A stretch of DNA of 64,000 bases from Lingula anatina (lineage: Eukaryota; Animalia; Brachiopoda): the NCBI GenBank assembly GCA_051362555.1, contig CM120646.1, forward strand, positions 20,460,001 to 20,524,000, read 5' to 3'. How positions within the stretch are numbered: position 1 is the stretch's first letter; every line of letters starts with the position of its first letter. A program made the translations under genes and the position numbers. This document shows positions 12,829-25,073 of this stretch, piece after piece. The notes beneath the pieces are model-generated. The model was given only the letters and a program-made list of their open reading frames with translations, did no database searches and had not been told where the DNA came from.

Positions 12829-13130
12829 TCTTGTCCAGCGCACCACATGTACAGACTGTGCATACTCCTCTTTGGACTTTAAGACGAGGAAGCGTCACCC
12901 GTCAAATATGCTGTACAAAATGTGACTGGTAACAGCAAACAGCAGTGAATGGAGCTTAAATAATATTTAGTCTTTTTTTATTTTCTAAGATTTGTAACGC
13001 AGTGTATACAACTCTGTAACCACATTGCCTGCATGACCCAAGACATGTGTTCCACTTTTGTAACTTGGAAATTATTTCTTTAACATTGCTACCACCATGT
13101 ATAACAAGTTTTTGGTGACATAGGTCACAG

Positions 13131-13279
13131 CGATAAACAAACAGAGTTAAGTTTGTCAATAGCTGTAAAGAAATAACAGAAATTATCAGCTAATATTTCG
13201 TCTGCCGACCGTCTGACTTCATCGGGCTACAGTATTCTTGTCATTAACTATTTACAAATTAAGCTTTATTTGTTTATTG
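13131..13279 (-). repeat. Small inverted-repeat element with a degenerate hammerhead-like core (possible Penelope-like remnant)
   Basis: Imperfect ~34-bp inverted arms (cgataaacaaacagagttaagtttgtcaatag / ctatttacaaattaagctttatttgtttattg). The minus strand reads CCGATGA-AGTC...GAC-GAAA followed by the palindrome TATTAGCTGATA. Confidence 0.35.
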
Positions 13280-16200
13280 GAAACACAAAGGATATGAAAC
13301 GGCTCAGAATGTTATTAAAAGAATTGTCATATATTTCTAATTTTCGATATTCCATCCCTTTTGCAATAATGCTTTGCACTGTTACCTGAGTTTCAATTAC
13401 ATTGTTTATTGCTACTAGTAGATCTAATCACGCGTAAGTGAGCCAATAATTGCGAAATGATGGAAACACTTGAAACCCTTGCTTCAACAATCTGTACGTG
13501 TCTTTGTTACTCCACTTCTACTTCTACTCCCACCTGGTGTAATTTTTTCTCCTACGCGCATTTTTATAGATTCAATTGACTGGCGTACGTCATTTTACAG
13601 AATTTGATTGGATTTATGAAACGCAACATTGCAAGTTATCGCCAGGAACCAAAGTAGAAGAGGGCAGACATGTTGAAATGGATTCTAGGCTAACTCACCC
13701 CCACCCCCACTCCGACAATCTCCCCTCCCCCAAGACAACCCCCGCCTTCCCAGGAAAGAAAATACACTGCTTTGGTTAAATATTTGAGATTTTCATACAA
13801 TTCTTGAATATTCGACGTTTACGTCTCCCTTCTAATACTAAAATATTAGAAAGGAGACAGAAAATGAAATAAAAACAAAAGTAGCTATTAATTACACTGA
13901 ACAAATATAAACGCACGAAACTAAAATTATACTAAAATATGCTGTTATTGTTGGCTATATACTCTACTTCGATACACGAAAATAAATCTACATATTCCTT
14001 CGTACGTTTATATTTTTGTTCAGTGTACAAGATTCAGGAAGTTCACTTACGCTCATGAACAGACCAGATAGGTAACTTTAAATAATAAGATGCTATAGAT
14101 AAAAATTTTGTAAATTTGCCATTACATGTAATTTTTAAGAAACATATAATATACTTCAATAGTATCATTTTTCTAAAAGCAAGCATAGTTATTTTATTTG
14201 CATTTTGATGTTAATGAGTTTTATAAATAACAGGCTTAGTATTTTATAATAATAATGAACCTAGAAAAAGAAAATAAGGTTCGAAGATTGGTTATTTCTG
14301 GGGTAGTGGAAAACAGTGGGTTCATTTACTCCACCATAACCTGGGGTTACACCTTGATTAAAGGCAATTCTTCTGCAGGTACAACAGGAAGCTAACAGGC
14401 TACGGGTAAAATACCTAAAGGATATTTTTTATTTTAGAATAGTAAATGATCGATAACAAGCAATTCATATGAATCATGACATAATTTTACGCCGTGTGAT
14501 GCCAATGAAAGGCATTCATTTTATATCGGTCACACACACGCACACATATATAATAACACTAGATGTTTTTGTACCTAAGGCAATCTCAACATTGTTCGAA
14601 GAACTACAAGTACAGTTCAAGTCGTTGTTTACTATCTTGTCACGATATAGCGCAATTGCTCTAGCTTGTTTATGACGATATATGCCCATTTTTGTACTAT
14701 AAGTAAACATGGAATATAAAACCACCAGGTTAAGTATTTTAACAACTTATTTCAAGTATTATTTTCTAAACTTGTACATACAAGTTTATGGAAATAAAGG
14801 AATAGATGATCTACTAACACATTTGATTCATAAATTGATAGCGAATGTATGTTGTGATGCAACCAACAGGAATTAAACAAATGAACTTTCAAGCGACTCA
14901 ATATCAGTGATGAGTGATGATGTCAGCATTTTTTTCTTTTTTCTTTTCAAATTCTCGCTGAGTAGTACCGAAAAGTGCGAAGAATTAGCCAGAGGATTAT
15001 TTTTGATTATGCAGTGCTGAAATCAATTAGTGGTCTAAATAGAGGATGGTCGCATTACAACATCTACTTGTTGCATACAGTAGTATTGTAGAGCTGCTTG
15101 CTGTAACTTTCCATGTCTGGGATATTCCAAATCCTTCGTTTGTTTAATTGATTTGACTTCTCTCAATACTAAGAGTACAAAAGTACATGTGTTCAAAAAG
15201 CTTCTTTTGTCCTTTCTTACAATGAGCACTCCAAAATGAAGTCTTTGTATTTTCTTAGGATTACTCTGAGTTTATGAAAATGGTAAATACAATACTAAAT
15301 TATTGCCAAAAAAATCTTAAACTGTATCAGTAAAACATTATTTCTATCACACCTAAGTTTATTATTCTATATTCGCGAACAAGATACAAAATAGTATGTA
15401 TTCTAAATGAATAAATACTGGTTTAGTATTGATTTAATAAAGTAAGCTCTCTTTTTTAATTATAAACCTGACTCCTGCCATAAACATAGATAAAACTGAC
15501 GGAAAAAAAATTATATAACTTTTTACTTAAAAAATTCCTTTTTACATTTTTAGAGAATATTCGTTAACTTATAGATACCTGTCTATCCAGGTATGGTAAT
15601 ACTACTTTGTCGGAACTTCTTGAAGCTTTGTGTTAAATAATCGTCATCGGCTTCATTCCACAGAATTCCAGATACGTTACTTGTACTGCTCACTGCAGCA
15701 CGGTGGATATTTCAAAACGACTAACATTATGAAAAGAGGTTGTGGAAAATACGAAAAAAATACCAAAAACATTTGTTCAAAGACGTTGCAATAAGCCACA
15801 TAATTTGACAATAACGCATCAGGGGACTAATATGACTTTGACTACACCCCAAATTACAAACGACAGACAGATCCGTCTTTGCAAATGGTTAAACAATCTA
15901 TTATTTTTTTTCTTTTCACTTATCTTTAAAATTCATTCAAACTCCAAACAATTTTTTATAATCATATCTAATATGTAAACTGCGCAGGCAGACTGGAGTA
16001 TATTCCGGCCACATGTTCTGAAAATAGTGGTATTTTTGACAGTTGAAATGTATTTTCAGAAGTGATGAAGACGCCTCAATAAAGATTATTATTTTATACG
16101 CGTGAAAAAGATACAAAAGAGTATGTATTCTAAATGAATATAGACTAATATAGTAAAGTAAGCTCACTTTGTTCATTAGTAACCTGACCAAAACCACAGA

Positions 16201-16605
16201 TAAAATGAAAATATGAAAAGCTGTGGAAAATACTTTAAAAGACGAAAAAACATTTGTTCAAAGACGTTGCAATAAGTCACATAATTTTACAAAAACAAAT
16301 GGTTAAACAATCTATTTTAATTTTTCTTTTCACTAATTTCTAATTTTTTTTCAAACTCCAAACATTTTTTCACAATTATATGTAATATTGTAAACTGCCT
16401 AAGGAGACTGGAATACATGGAGAACGATTTCGACTCACGATCTCAAAATGGTAATATTTTTGAAAGTTGAAACGTATTTTCAAAAGTAATATAGACGCCT
16501 CAATACATTTTGGTAGGGACTGTGTCATTTTCATTATGCCATGCAGGCCATGCACGTCTGTCAAACAGCGTATATATAAATAAATATAGTCACATTGTTA
16601 CACAT

Positions 16606-17784
16606 CTACACTGGAGTTTCTGATGATATGCCAGTATCTATTGGAATATCACTAATATTAGGTTCATTGTTGGTAGAGGATGTTTGTGACTTACTATGGC
16701 AGACGGTGAGTTTTCTGTTTGCTCCTTCCATATCCGGCATCTTTCTTCGCGTGAATTTCCTCCGAAAAACTTCTATTGGGCGCGCTTTCCTGGGATAAAA
16801 CGATGCAAGAAAAGCTGCCCGAAACTGTTGATGATAGCACATATAAATTGGAAAGTTTACACCAGCATTTAAGAAGCGAAGTGACATAAATATGTTCTTA
16901 AGAACACATAGCGTGTTATTTGATTTGAATATGAACATAGCGCTTACTATTGAAGTTAGAGGCGTGGATATTACGAAGGACGCCAGGCAGTTAAGGGCAA
17001 CGATGAATGTTATTGCTCCTTGCGACCGGCATTTACCGTGAAAACGCAATCGTTGTCGATGAGGCGCCTTTTTCTTTTGTTTCAACTTACACAACATGTA
17101 AACGCTAACGATGGCTTGCAGCGTAAGTGAGAGAGTAACGAATACGGTGTCGCAAATGAAAGAGTACATGGTTGCAAATGAAGACTTCAAGACAGAAACC
17201 AAAACGTATTTTCCTACTGCAAAAGAGGCGATGATTGTAATAAGGACTAGCATGCCGCAAATGGTATACTTTCGCAACTGGTGCTTAAGACGCAAAAACT
17301 TAAATGGACTGACCATGGACAAAAAACGAATCACGCACAACCCAGCCAGCAAACTGACAGACAAGAAAAATAGAGAACGAGCGATGAGAAATAAAAAGAA
17401 CATCTCTCTCCTCCTTTTACCTCCGAGCAACACAATAAGGTGTAAAATCTGGAACGGTAATTTTGCAACATTTGAGGCAAGGTCCGACAGTGATAATCCG
17501 AAAAGAAGAGGTAACACGTAACCACTCTTCTTATTTCTAATCCTACTCCATATGACTATATTGCAAATATTGGAAATGATCCCCCAGATGCATACAGTGA
17601 AATCAAACGGTTCCAATATGTACCACCAGTAGTGCGAAATAGTGCAGCGTGGGGAATATCCTAGTTTGCGTACCCGGAGTGGTCCTTGGCAGAGGCTAGT
17701 GTTTGCGAACACAGTGATGTTATCCAAAACAACATCATCAAGCCCTGTACTGTTGCAAAATCTCTCTGTCTTAAGACTGCCCAT
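16606..17784 (-). CDS. Rhodopsin-class (class A) orphan GPCR, FMRFamide-receptor/Srw-like invertebrate type, 392 aa, single coding exon
   Basis: Seven hydrophobic segments. TM1 GIISN, TM2 LSLSDL, TM3 end CVIRFLSMVSPF (DRY-equivalent), TM7 NAGVNFPIY, helix 8 QQFR, N-terminal N-glycosylation sequons. A splice acceptor (ttttttctctgaactacag) lies 2 nt before the ATG, implying a 5' UTR intron. Confidence 0.9.
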   Translation of the reverse strand: MGSLKTERFCNSTGLDDVVLDNITVFANTSLCQGPLRVRKLGYSPRCTISHYWWYILEPFDFTVCIWGIISNICNIVIWSRIRNKKSGYVLPLLFGLSLSDLASNVAKLPFQILHLIVLLGGKRRREMFFLFLIARSLFFLSVSLLAGLCVIRFLSMVSPFKFLRLKHQLRKYTICGMLVLITIIASFAVGKYVLVSVLKSSFATMYSFICDTVFVTLSLTLQAIVSVYMLCKLKQKKKAPHRQRLRFHGKCRSQGAITFIVALNCLASFVISTPLTSIVSAMFIFKSNNTLCVLKNIFMSLRFLNAGVNFPIYMCYHQQFRAAFLASFYPRKARPIEVFRRKFTRRKMPDMEGANRKLTVCHSKSQTSSTNNEPNISDIPIDTGISSETPV

Positions 17785-18659
17785 AGCTGTAGTTCAGAGA
17801 AAAAAGTTTTATTTTTTTCGACATGAAATTTTCTCATACGCCAGCTTCAGATATGCATGCTATTCTTTAAATTATCGGACCAGCGTCTTGTTAAAATGGT
17901 CTGATTTTGCCTGATTTCTAAATTCGGTTGGTTTTCAGGAATAACGTATTAATTGCATCCCGTCTATCTTCGCATTCTGTTGTTTTTTTTTTGTCCGTAG
18001 TTGCACTGTACGTACATGTATGTCCTGGTCTTAATATTTATTTTATCAACGTCTGAATTGTCCTCCCGAGAATATCATCACATTAATTTCTATTTCACAG
18101 AAATATCACAAGACGCGATCCGTCAATATTCGTCACAAAATTAAAGCGGGTTAATTCCCGTGATGAAGTAAAAACAACATCACAAATTAGTGTCACTCTC
18201 AAGCGTGAATTCCAACTGAGTGGCCGCGGCATTCGACCCGTATGGTAATCTTCACTGATCTGAAACCCAATTGCTAGTACACGTGGCTTCAGGCTATACG
18301 TCATCCACGTTAAAATGTCGACATTACATAATCTACCGCCACGTGCTCATATTAAAAGCCCAAACCTCACAGTATGACCAAGAAACATGACGATGAAACG
18401 AAGCTACATTTTAAAGAGACGGTCAGTCAGCTGTTACAAAACCAATCTGAGTTACGATAAAAATAATATTAAACATCTGTCACATCAAGATGGATAGGCC
18501 TATTGTAACACTAGTGAATACAATATCAAAAATAAAATAAAATAATAATAGGCTTAATAATAATAATAATAAGAGCTAGGTGTGACGACCATGTAGCCAA
18601 GGAATGCAACTGTTGCTATGCCACCCTAATATTTACAAGACATAACAGCGAGAAAATAA

Positions 18660-18913
18660 GACCCCATTCCCATAGACACCATCAGTCCACACAAGTGGAT
18701 CTAACTTTGCAGGGACTCTCGCTGAATGCAATCAGTTTAACCGAATGACACGCTTCCTCTAGTTTCCAATGTGTTCGTATAATCACCAGCCTTCAGTAAT
18801 CTACTTAACGCCAGGAGGAGGGGAGTCCTTCAATCTGACTGCACTCAGCGAGAGTCCCCGCAGAGTTGGATCTATTTACGTAGGCCGATGACGGTGTCTA
18901 TGGGAATGGGGCC
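18660..18913. mobile_element. MITE with ~75-bp imperfect TIRs (possibly PIF/Harbinger); decayed orthologous copy at 23405-23658
   Basis: gaccccattcccatagacacc...ggtgtctatgggaatggggcc, flanked by taa/aaa. Present in both duplication units, so it is older than the duplication. Confidence 0.65.
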
Positions 18914-19379
18914 AAAGAGCAATTTAACATAATGATGCCATATGAGCATGTTTACTGTATTATGGTGATGCTATATAATACAACAAAAATTAACTTGTTA
19001 CAATTTAATTTACACATCGCGAGATAAGTACGTGTTACATACTTGTACATGTATTTGACCCTTTGCGAAAAACGTGCCTGAACACATATTACTGTTCATG
19101 CCTGTTTTAATCCCTTGCTTGTTAATATTTCATAATACAGCAATAAATCCGCATTTACTCTTCTGGAGAAAGTGGCCTTCTTGCAGCAATAAAGAGATAA
19201 AAAAGTCAATTTTTTGGTGGCTTTGGTTGAAAAGGGAGTTCAAATTTAGTGGCTCGGGCTTCATAAACAAGCTGTTTTTTCATAAATGAAAAGTATCAAA
19301 CACAAGCCGTGGCTGAAAGCTTGGATTACATATTACATCTTTAAAGTACATGTTTATAGATGCATCATTATTATAACTT

Positions 19380-19479
<100 letters not shown>

Positions 19480-19575
19480 CAATACTAGATGTTTTTGTAC
19501 CCACGGCAATCTCAATATTGTTTGAAGAACTACAAGTACAGTTCAAGTCGTTGTTTACGATCTTGTCACGATATA

Positions 19576-20082
19576 TACCCAAACCCAATATAGAGGTGCA
19601 AATCAGGTCACAGGCATGCTCTTAATAATAGCCTATTTAGTGCACCGATTGCAATGTTTGATGATATTTGTATCCGAGTTTCACTCTCCTAGAACCATGA
19701 ATGATAAAAAAATAATTCATCGTCTAACCCCCAAAAAGAACATACGATACTGCCACAAATGCAAAACATCCAGATGTGGAAAAGTTTAACTCACTTTGAA
19801 AAGTCAATCATCACTAACTTTGTCCTTTGATTTATCTCATACAAGTGTAACGTTGTAAAATATTATGATAATCTTCGGTATAGTGCAGTCAATTGTTTTT
19901 GAACGACTTAAGTTTGCTTGTCACTGAATATTAAAAAAGAGGCAACAACACCCTACTGACAGTAAAATTGGCATAAAGTAAACTGAGGCAGTAGTGGATT
20001 TTTGTTGTATACACAAACATGTTTTACATTTTTTTTTTGACATTTCAGCATGTGAAATGCACCTCTAAATTGGGTTTGGGTG
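19576..20082. mobile_element. 507-bp MITE (Tc1/mariner-like), present only in duplication unit B
   Basis: TIR tacccaaacccaatatagaggtgca / tgcacctctaaattgggtttgggtg, flanked by TATA on both sides. The paralogous empty site cacgaTATAgcgc is at about 14641-14653. Confidence 0.88.
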
Positions 20083-21366
20083 TATAGCGCAATTGCTCCA
20101 GCTTGTTTTTGATTAATTATATCCATTGTACTATAAGTAGTTATGGAAAATAAATCCACCAGGTTAAATATTTTAACAGATTAATTCTAGTATTATTTTC
20201 TAAATTTGTAAATACAAGTTTATGAAAATAAAGTAATAGATAATCAACAAACCCATTTGATTCATAAACTGATAACGGATTAATGTTGTGATACAACCAA
20301 CAGGAATTAAACAAATGAACTTTCAAGCTAGTCTAGTAGGCCCTGTTGTAAAGGTACTCACTGTAACTTACGTAACATGTCTGGGATATTCCGAATCTTC
20401 TTTTGTTTAATTTGATTTCTTGCAATATTAAGAGTACAAATGTATTAGTGTCAAAAAAGCTTCTTTTGTCATTATCCTATGTTGAGCACTTCAAAATGAA
20501 GTTTTTGCATTTGCTTAGGTTTACTTCGAGTTCATGAAAATGGCGAATACAATACTCGATTATTGCGAGAAATATATTATCTATATTAAACTATATTAAA
20601 TATCTATTACACCCTTATAAGATTGTTATTCTATACGTGTAGAAAAGATACAAAAGAATACTAAAGAATATAGACTGGTATAGTAAGGTAAGCTGTCTTT
20701 GTACATTATTACCCTGACTCCTGCCAAAACCACAGATAAAACCGACGAAAATATAAAATAAACATTTCATTTTTTTACTTGAAAACTACCGTTTTACGTT
20801 TTTTGGAGAATATTTGTGAACATAGATACCTCTCTATCCAGTGTTTGATATGGTAATACTACTTTCAATCGGGTAATAAAATTTGTCGGAAATTCTTGTG
20901 TTAAATAATCTACATCGGCTTAATTCCACAGAATTTCAAATATATTACTAGTACTGCTCACTCCAGCAAGGTGGATATTTTAAAACTATTAACAATGAAA
21001 ACAGGCTGGGGAAAATACTTTAAAAGACAAAAAAAAACATTTGTTCAAAGAAGTTGCAATAAGTCACATAATTTTACAATAACAAATAGTTAAACAATCT
21101 ATTAATTTTTTTCTTTTCACTTCCCTTTAAAATTTCTTCAAACTCTAAATATTTTTTTCACAATCATATCTAATATTGTAAACTGCGAAGGGTGACTGGA
21201 ATATATTCCGGAGAACAGTTTCGCTACATGTTCTCAAAATGGTGATGTTTTGAAAGTTGAAATGTATTTTCAAAAATAATATAGACGCCTCAATAAATTT
21301 TATTATCATTCTGCCATGCAGTTCATGCACGCATGTCAAACAGCACATATAACTCTATAGTGTCAG

Positions 21367-22557
21367 CTACACTCGTGTTTCTAATAAAATGCCGGTATGT
21401 ATTCGAATATCACAATGTTCATTGCTGTTTGATGATGTTTGTGACTTACTCTGGCTGACGGTGAGTTTTCTGTGTGCTACTTCAATATCCAGCATCATCC
21501 TTTGCGGGAATCTCCTCCGAAAGACTTCTATTTGGCGCGCTCTCCTAGGACAGAACGAAGCACAAAAGACATCTCGGAACTGTTGATGATAGCACATATA
21601 AATTGGAAAGTTAACACCTGCATTTAAGAAGCGAAGTGACATAAATATGTTCTTAAGAACACATAGCGTGTTATTTGGTTTGGATATGGCCATAGCGCTT
21701 AACACCGAGGTTAGAGGCGTGGATATTACGAAGGACGCCATGCAGTTAAGGGCAACGATGGATGTTATTGATCCTTGGGACCGGCATTTACCGTGAAAAC
21801 GCAATCGTTGTCGATAGAGCGCCTTTTTCTTATGCTTCAACTTACATAACATGTAAACGCTAACGATGGCTTGCAGCGTAAGTGAGAGAGAAACGAATAC
21901 GGTGTCGCAAATGAAAGAGTACGTGCTTCCAAATGAAGACTTCAAGACAGAAACCAAAACATATTTTCCCACTGCTAAGGATGCGATGACTGTGATAAGG
22001 ACTAGCATGCCGCAAATGGTGTACTTTCGCAACTGGTGCTTAAGACGCAAAAACTTAAATGGACTGACCATGGACAAAAAGCGAATCACGCACAACCCGG
22101 CCAACAAACTGACGGACAAGAAAAATAGAGAACGAGCGATGAGAAATAAAAAGAACATCTCTTTCTTCCTTTTACCTCCGAGCAACACAGTGACATGTAA
22201 AATCTGGAACGGAAATTTTGCAACAGTTGAGGCAAGGTCCGACAGTGATAATCCTAAAAGAAGAGATAACACGTAACCGCTCTTCTTATTTCTAATCCTA
22301 CTCCATATGACTATATTGCAAATATTGGAAATTATCCCCCAGATGCATACAATGAAATCAAACGGTTCCAATAGATACCACCAGTAGGGCGAAATGGCGC
22401 AGAGGGGGGAAAATCCTACTTTGCGTACCCCGATTGGTCCTTGGCAGATGCTAGTGTTTGCAAAAACCGTGATGTTATCCAAAACCGCATCATCATCAAC
22501 TCCTGAACTGTTCCATATGCCAAAAGGCCAAAATCCCTCTGTCTTAAGACTGCCCAT
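21367..22557 (-). CDS. Rhodopsin-class orphan GPCR, paralog of 16606-17784, 396 aa
   Basis: Same motifs and a near-identical TM core. Differences cluster in the N- and C-termini. ORF is intact. Confidence 0.9.
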   Translation of the reverse strand: MGSLKTEGFWPFGIWNSSGVDDDAVLDNITVFANTSICQGPIGVRKVGFSPLCAISPYWWYLLEPFDFIVCIWGIISNICNIVIWSRIRNKKSGYVLSLLLGLSLSDLASTVAKFPFQILHVTVLLGGKRKKEMFFLFLIARSLFFLSVSLLAGLCVIRFLSMVSPFKFLRLKHQLRKYTICGMLVLITVIASLAVGKYVLVSVLKSSFGSTYSFICDTVFVSLSLTLQAIVSVYMLCKLKHKKKALYRQRLRFHGKCRSQGSITSIVALNCMASFVISTPLTSVLSAMAISKPNNTLCVLKNIFMSLRFLNAGVNFPIYMCYHQQFRDVFCASFCPRRARQIEVFRRRFPQRMMLDIEVAHRKLTVSQSKSQTSSNSNEHCDIRIHTGILLETRV

Positions 22558-23743
22558 AGCTGTAGTTCACAGAAATACGTTTTTACTCAACACTAAATCC
22601 ATACATCCGCCAGCTTAAGATATGCATTCTATTCTTTGAATTATCGGACCAGCGTCATGTTAAACGGTCTGATTTTGCCTGATTTCTAAATTTGTTTTTT
22701 TTTTTTTTTTTTTCAGATATTTTATCAATTGCATCCCATCTATCTTCTCATTCCGCTGTGTCTTTGTGTCCTTGTACTGCACGGATGCCTTGGTCCAAAT
22801 ATTTGTTTTTTCAACGTCTGCATTGTCCTCCGGAGAATATCACCACATTTCTAATTCACAGAGATATCGCAAGACGCGAACCGTCAACATTCGTCAGAAA
22901 TTAAAGCTAACAGACCATAAGCGGATTGAACTCGTGATGAAGTAAAAACTACATCACAAATTTGTGTCAATATCAAGCCGTGACTTCGAACTGAGTGGCT
23001 GCGGCATTACAACGTTTGGTAATCTTCACTGATCTGAAACCCAATTGCCAGTACATAGGTATGGCTTCAGGCTATACGCCATCCACGTTAATACGTCGAC
23101 ATTACACTATATCTACAGCTATATGATCATATTAAAAGCCCAAACCTCACAGTATGACCAAGAAACATGAAGATGGAACAAAAGCTTAAGAGGTCAATCA
23201 GCTGTTACAAAACCCATCTTAGTTACGATAAAAATAATACTGAATATCTGTCACACCAAGAGGGATATGGTGACACTTGTAGGCTAAATACAATATCAAA
23301 AACAAACAAAAGAGCTAAGTGTCGTCTGACCACCATGTATCCAAGAAACGCAACTGTTGCTATGCCACCCAAATATTTTACAAGACATAACAGCGAGAAA
23401 ATAAGACCTCATTCAGATATACACCATCAGTCCACACAAGTGGATCTAACTTTGCAGGGACTCTTGCTGAATGCAATCAGTTTAACTGAATGACACGCTG
23501 CTTCTTGTTTTCAACGTGCTCGTATAATCACCAGCTTTCTGTAACATAACACCAGGAGGAAGGGTGTCCTTCTGTTCATCTGATTGCTTTCAGCGAGAGT
23601 CCCCGCAGAGTTGAATTGATATAAGCAGGCCCATATTAGTGTCCTTGAGAATGGGTCCAAGGAGCAATTAAATATAATGATGCCAAATAAGAATGTTGTT
23701 GCGTGTCAAAACAACGAAAATTGACGTGTTACGTACGGGGGGG

Positions 23744-23973
23744 GGTCTCATCTTCGCAACCCCCAAGAATAGATTTCCTAGCATGTTTGCTTAATTTCCT
23801 AGACACATTCGTAGACGTGAGACCGAGTTCGACGGACATTGTACAGGGTGTAAAATGTTCTTTTAAGAAATAGTTTTTTAAAAAATTAGTCTGATTACTA
23901 TAGCAGGAATGGTCTAAGCGATGGGAGCGGGAGAGTGGGTGGTGAGTCTCACATCGGCAGTGCACACGCCTGC

Positions 23974-24018
<45 letters not shown>

Positions 24019-24643
24019 CTCGAAACTACAATGTACAGGCGACACAATTTAACCCCCTTTTCTATCTCCCGATGATCCAGGCATGGCTTGAAGTCCCACA
24101 CTGCACCCTCCACCCCATGTATAAACATAGAGTAGGAGTCCTGTGGGGAAGGGGCGAAGGGGGGGGCCCTCTCACCACCCCAAGTATTTCCAGCCATGTC
24201 AGTTAAGCTAAGGAAATGGGTTTTGTGGTAATGTTAAAGCCCCCCCCCTCCCTCCCCCTCCTTCCTGTATCGAGTTTTTAAATATTAAAAAAATTTTTTT
24301 TACGTGATTAACCCACCTCACACTTAAAGATTGGCTTCAACGCGCCAGGTTTAAGATATGCGCACTACGCTCCAGCATACCAAGGAATTAATTGTGTCTC
24401 GAGCATGCTATCTGGTCTCATCTTCGCAACCCCCAAGAATAGATTTCCTAGCATGTTTGCTTAATTTCCTAGACACATTCGTAGACGTGAGACCGAGTTC
24501 GACGGACATTGTACAGGGTGTAAAATGTTTTTTTAAGAAATAGTTTTTTAAAAAATTAGTCTGATTACTATAGCAGGAATGGTCTAAGCGATGGGAGCGG
24601 GGGAGTGGGTGGTGAGTCTCACATCGGCAGTGCACACGTCTGC

Positions 24644-24679
<36 letters not shown>

Positions 24680-25073
24680 CTCGAAACTACAATGTACAGG
24701 CGACACAATTTAACCCCCTTTTCTATCTCCCGATGATCCAGGCATGGCTTGCAGCCCCACACTGCACCCTCCACCCCATGTATAAATATAGAGTAGGAGT
24801 CCTGTGGGGAAGGGGCGAAGGGGGGGGGGGCCTCTCACCACCCCAAGTATTTCCAGCCATGTCAGTTAAGCTAAGGAAATGGGTTTTGTGGTAATGTTAA
24901 AGCCCCCCCCTCCCTCCCCCTCCTTCCTGTATCGAGTTTTTAAATATTTAAAAAAATTTTTTTACGTGATTAACCCACCTCACACTTAAAGATTGGCTTC
25001 AACGCGCCAGGTTTAAGATATGCGCACTACGCTCCAGCATACCAAGGAATTAATTGTGTCTCGAGCATGCTAT
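23744..25073. repeat. Near-identical 670-bp tandem duplication (23744-24411 and 24414-25073)
   Basis: Both units start ggtctcatcttcgcaacccc and end gagcatgctat. They differ mainly in (TAA)n and homopolymer lengths plus a few substitutions. Confidence 0.95.

Noticed and set aside
17111-17521. 136-aa plus-strand ORFs conserved in both duplication units (also 21866-22276)
   Set aside because: Antisense shadows of the GPCR coding sequence; their conservation follows from the GPCRs.
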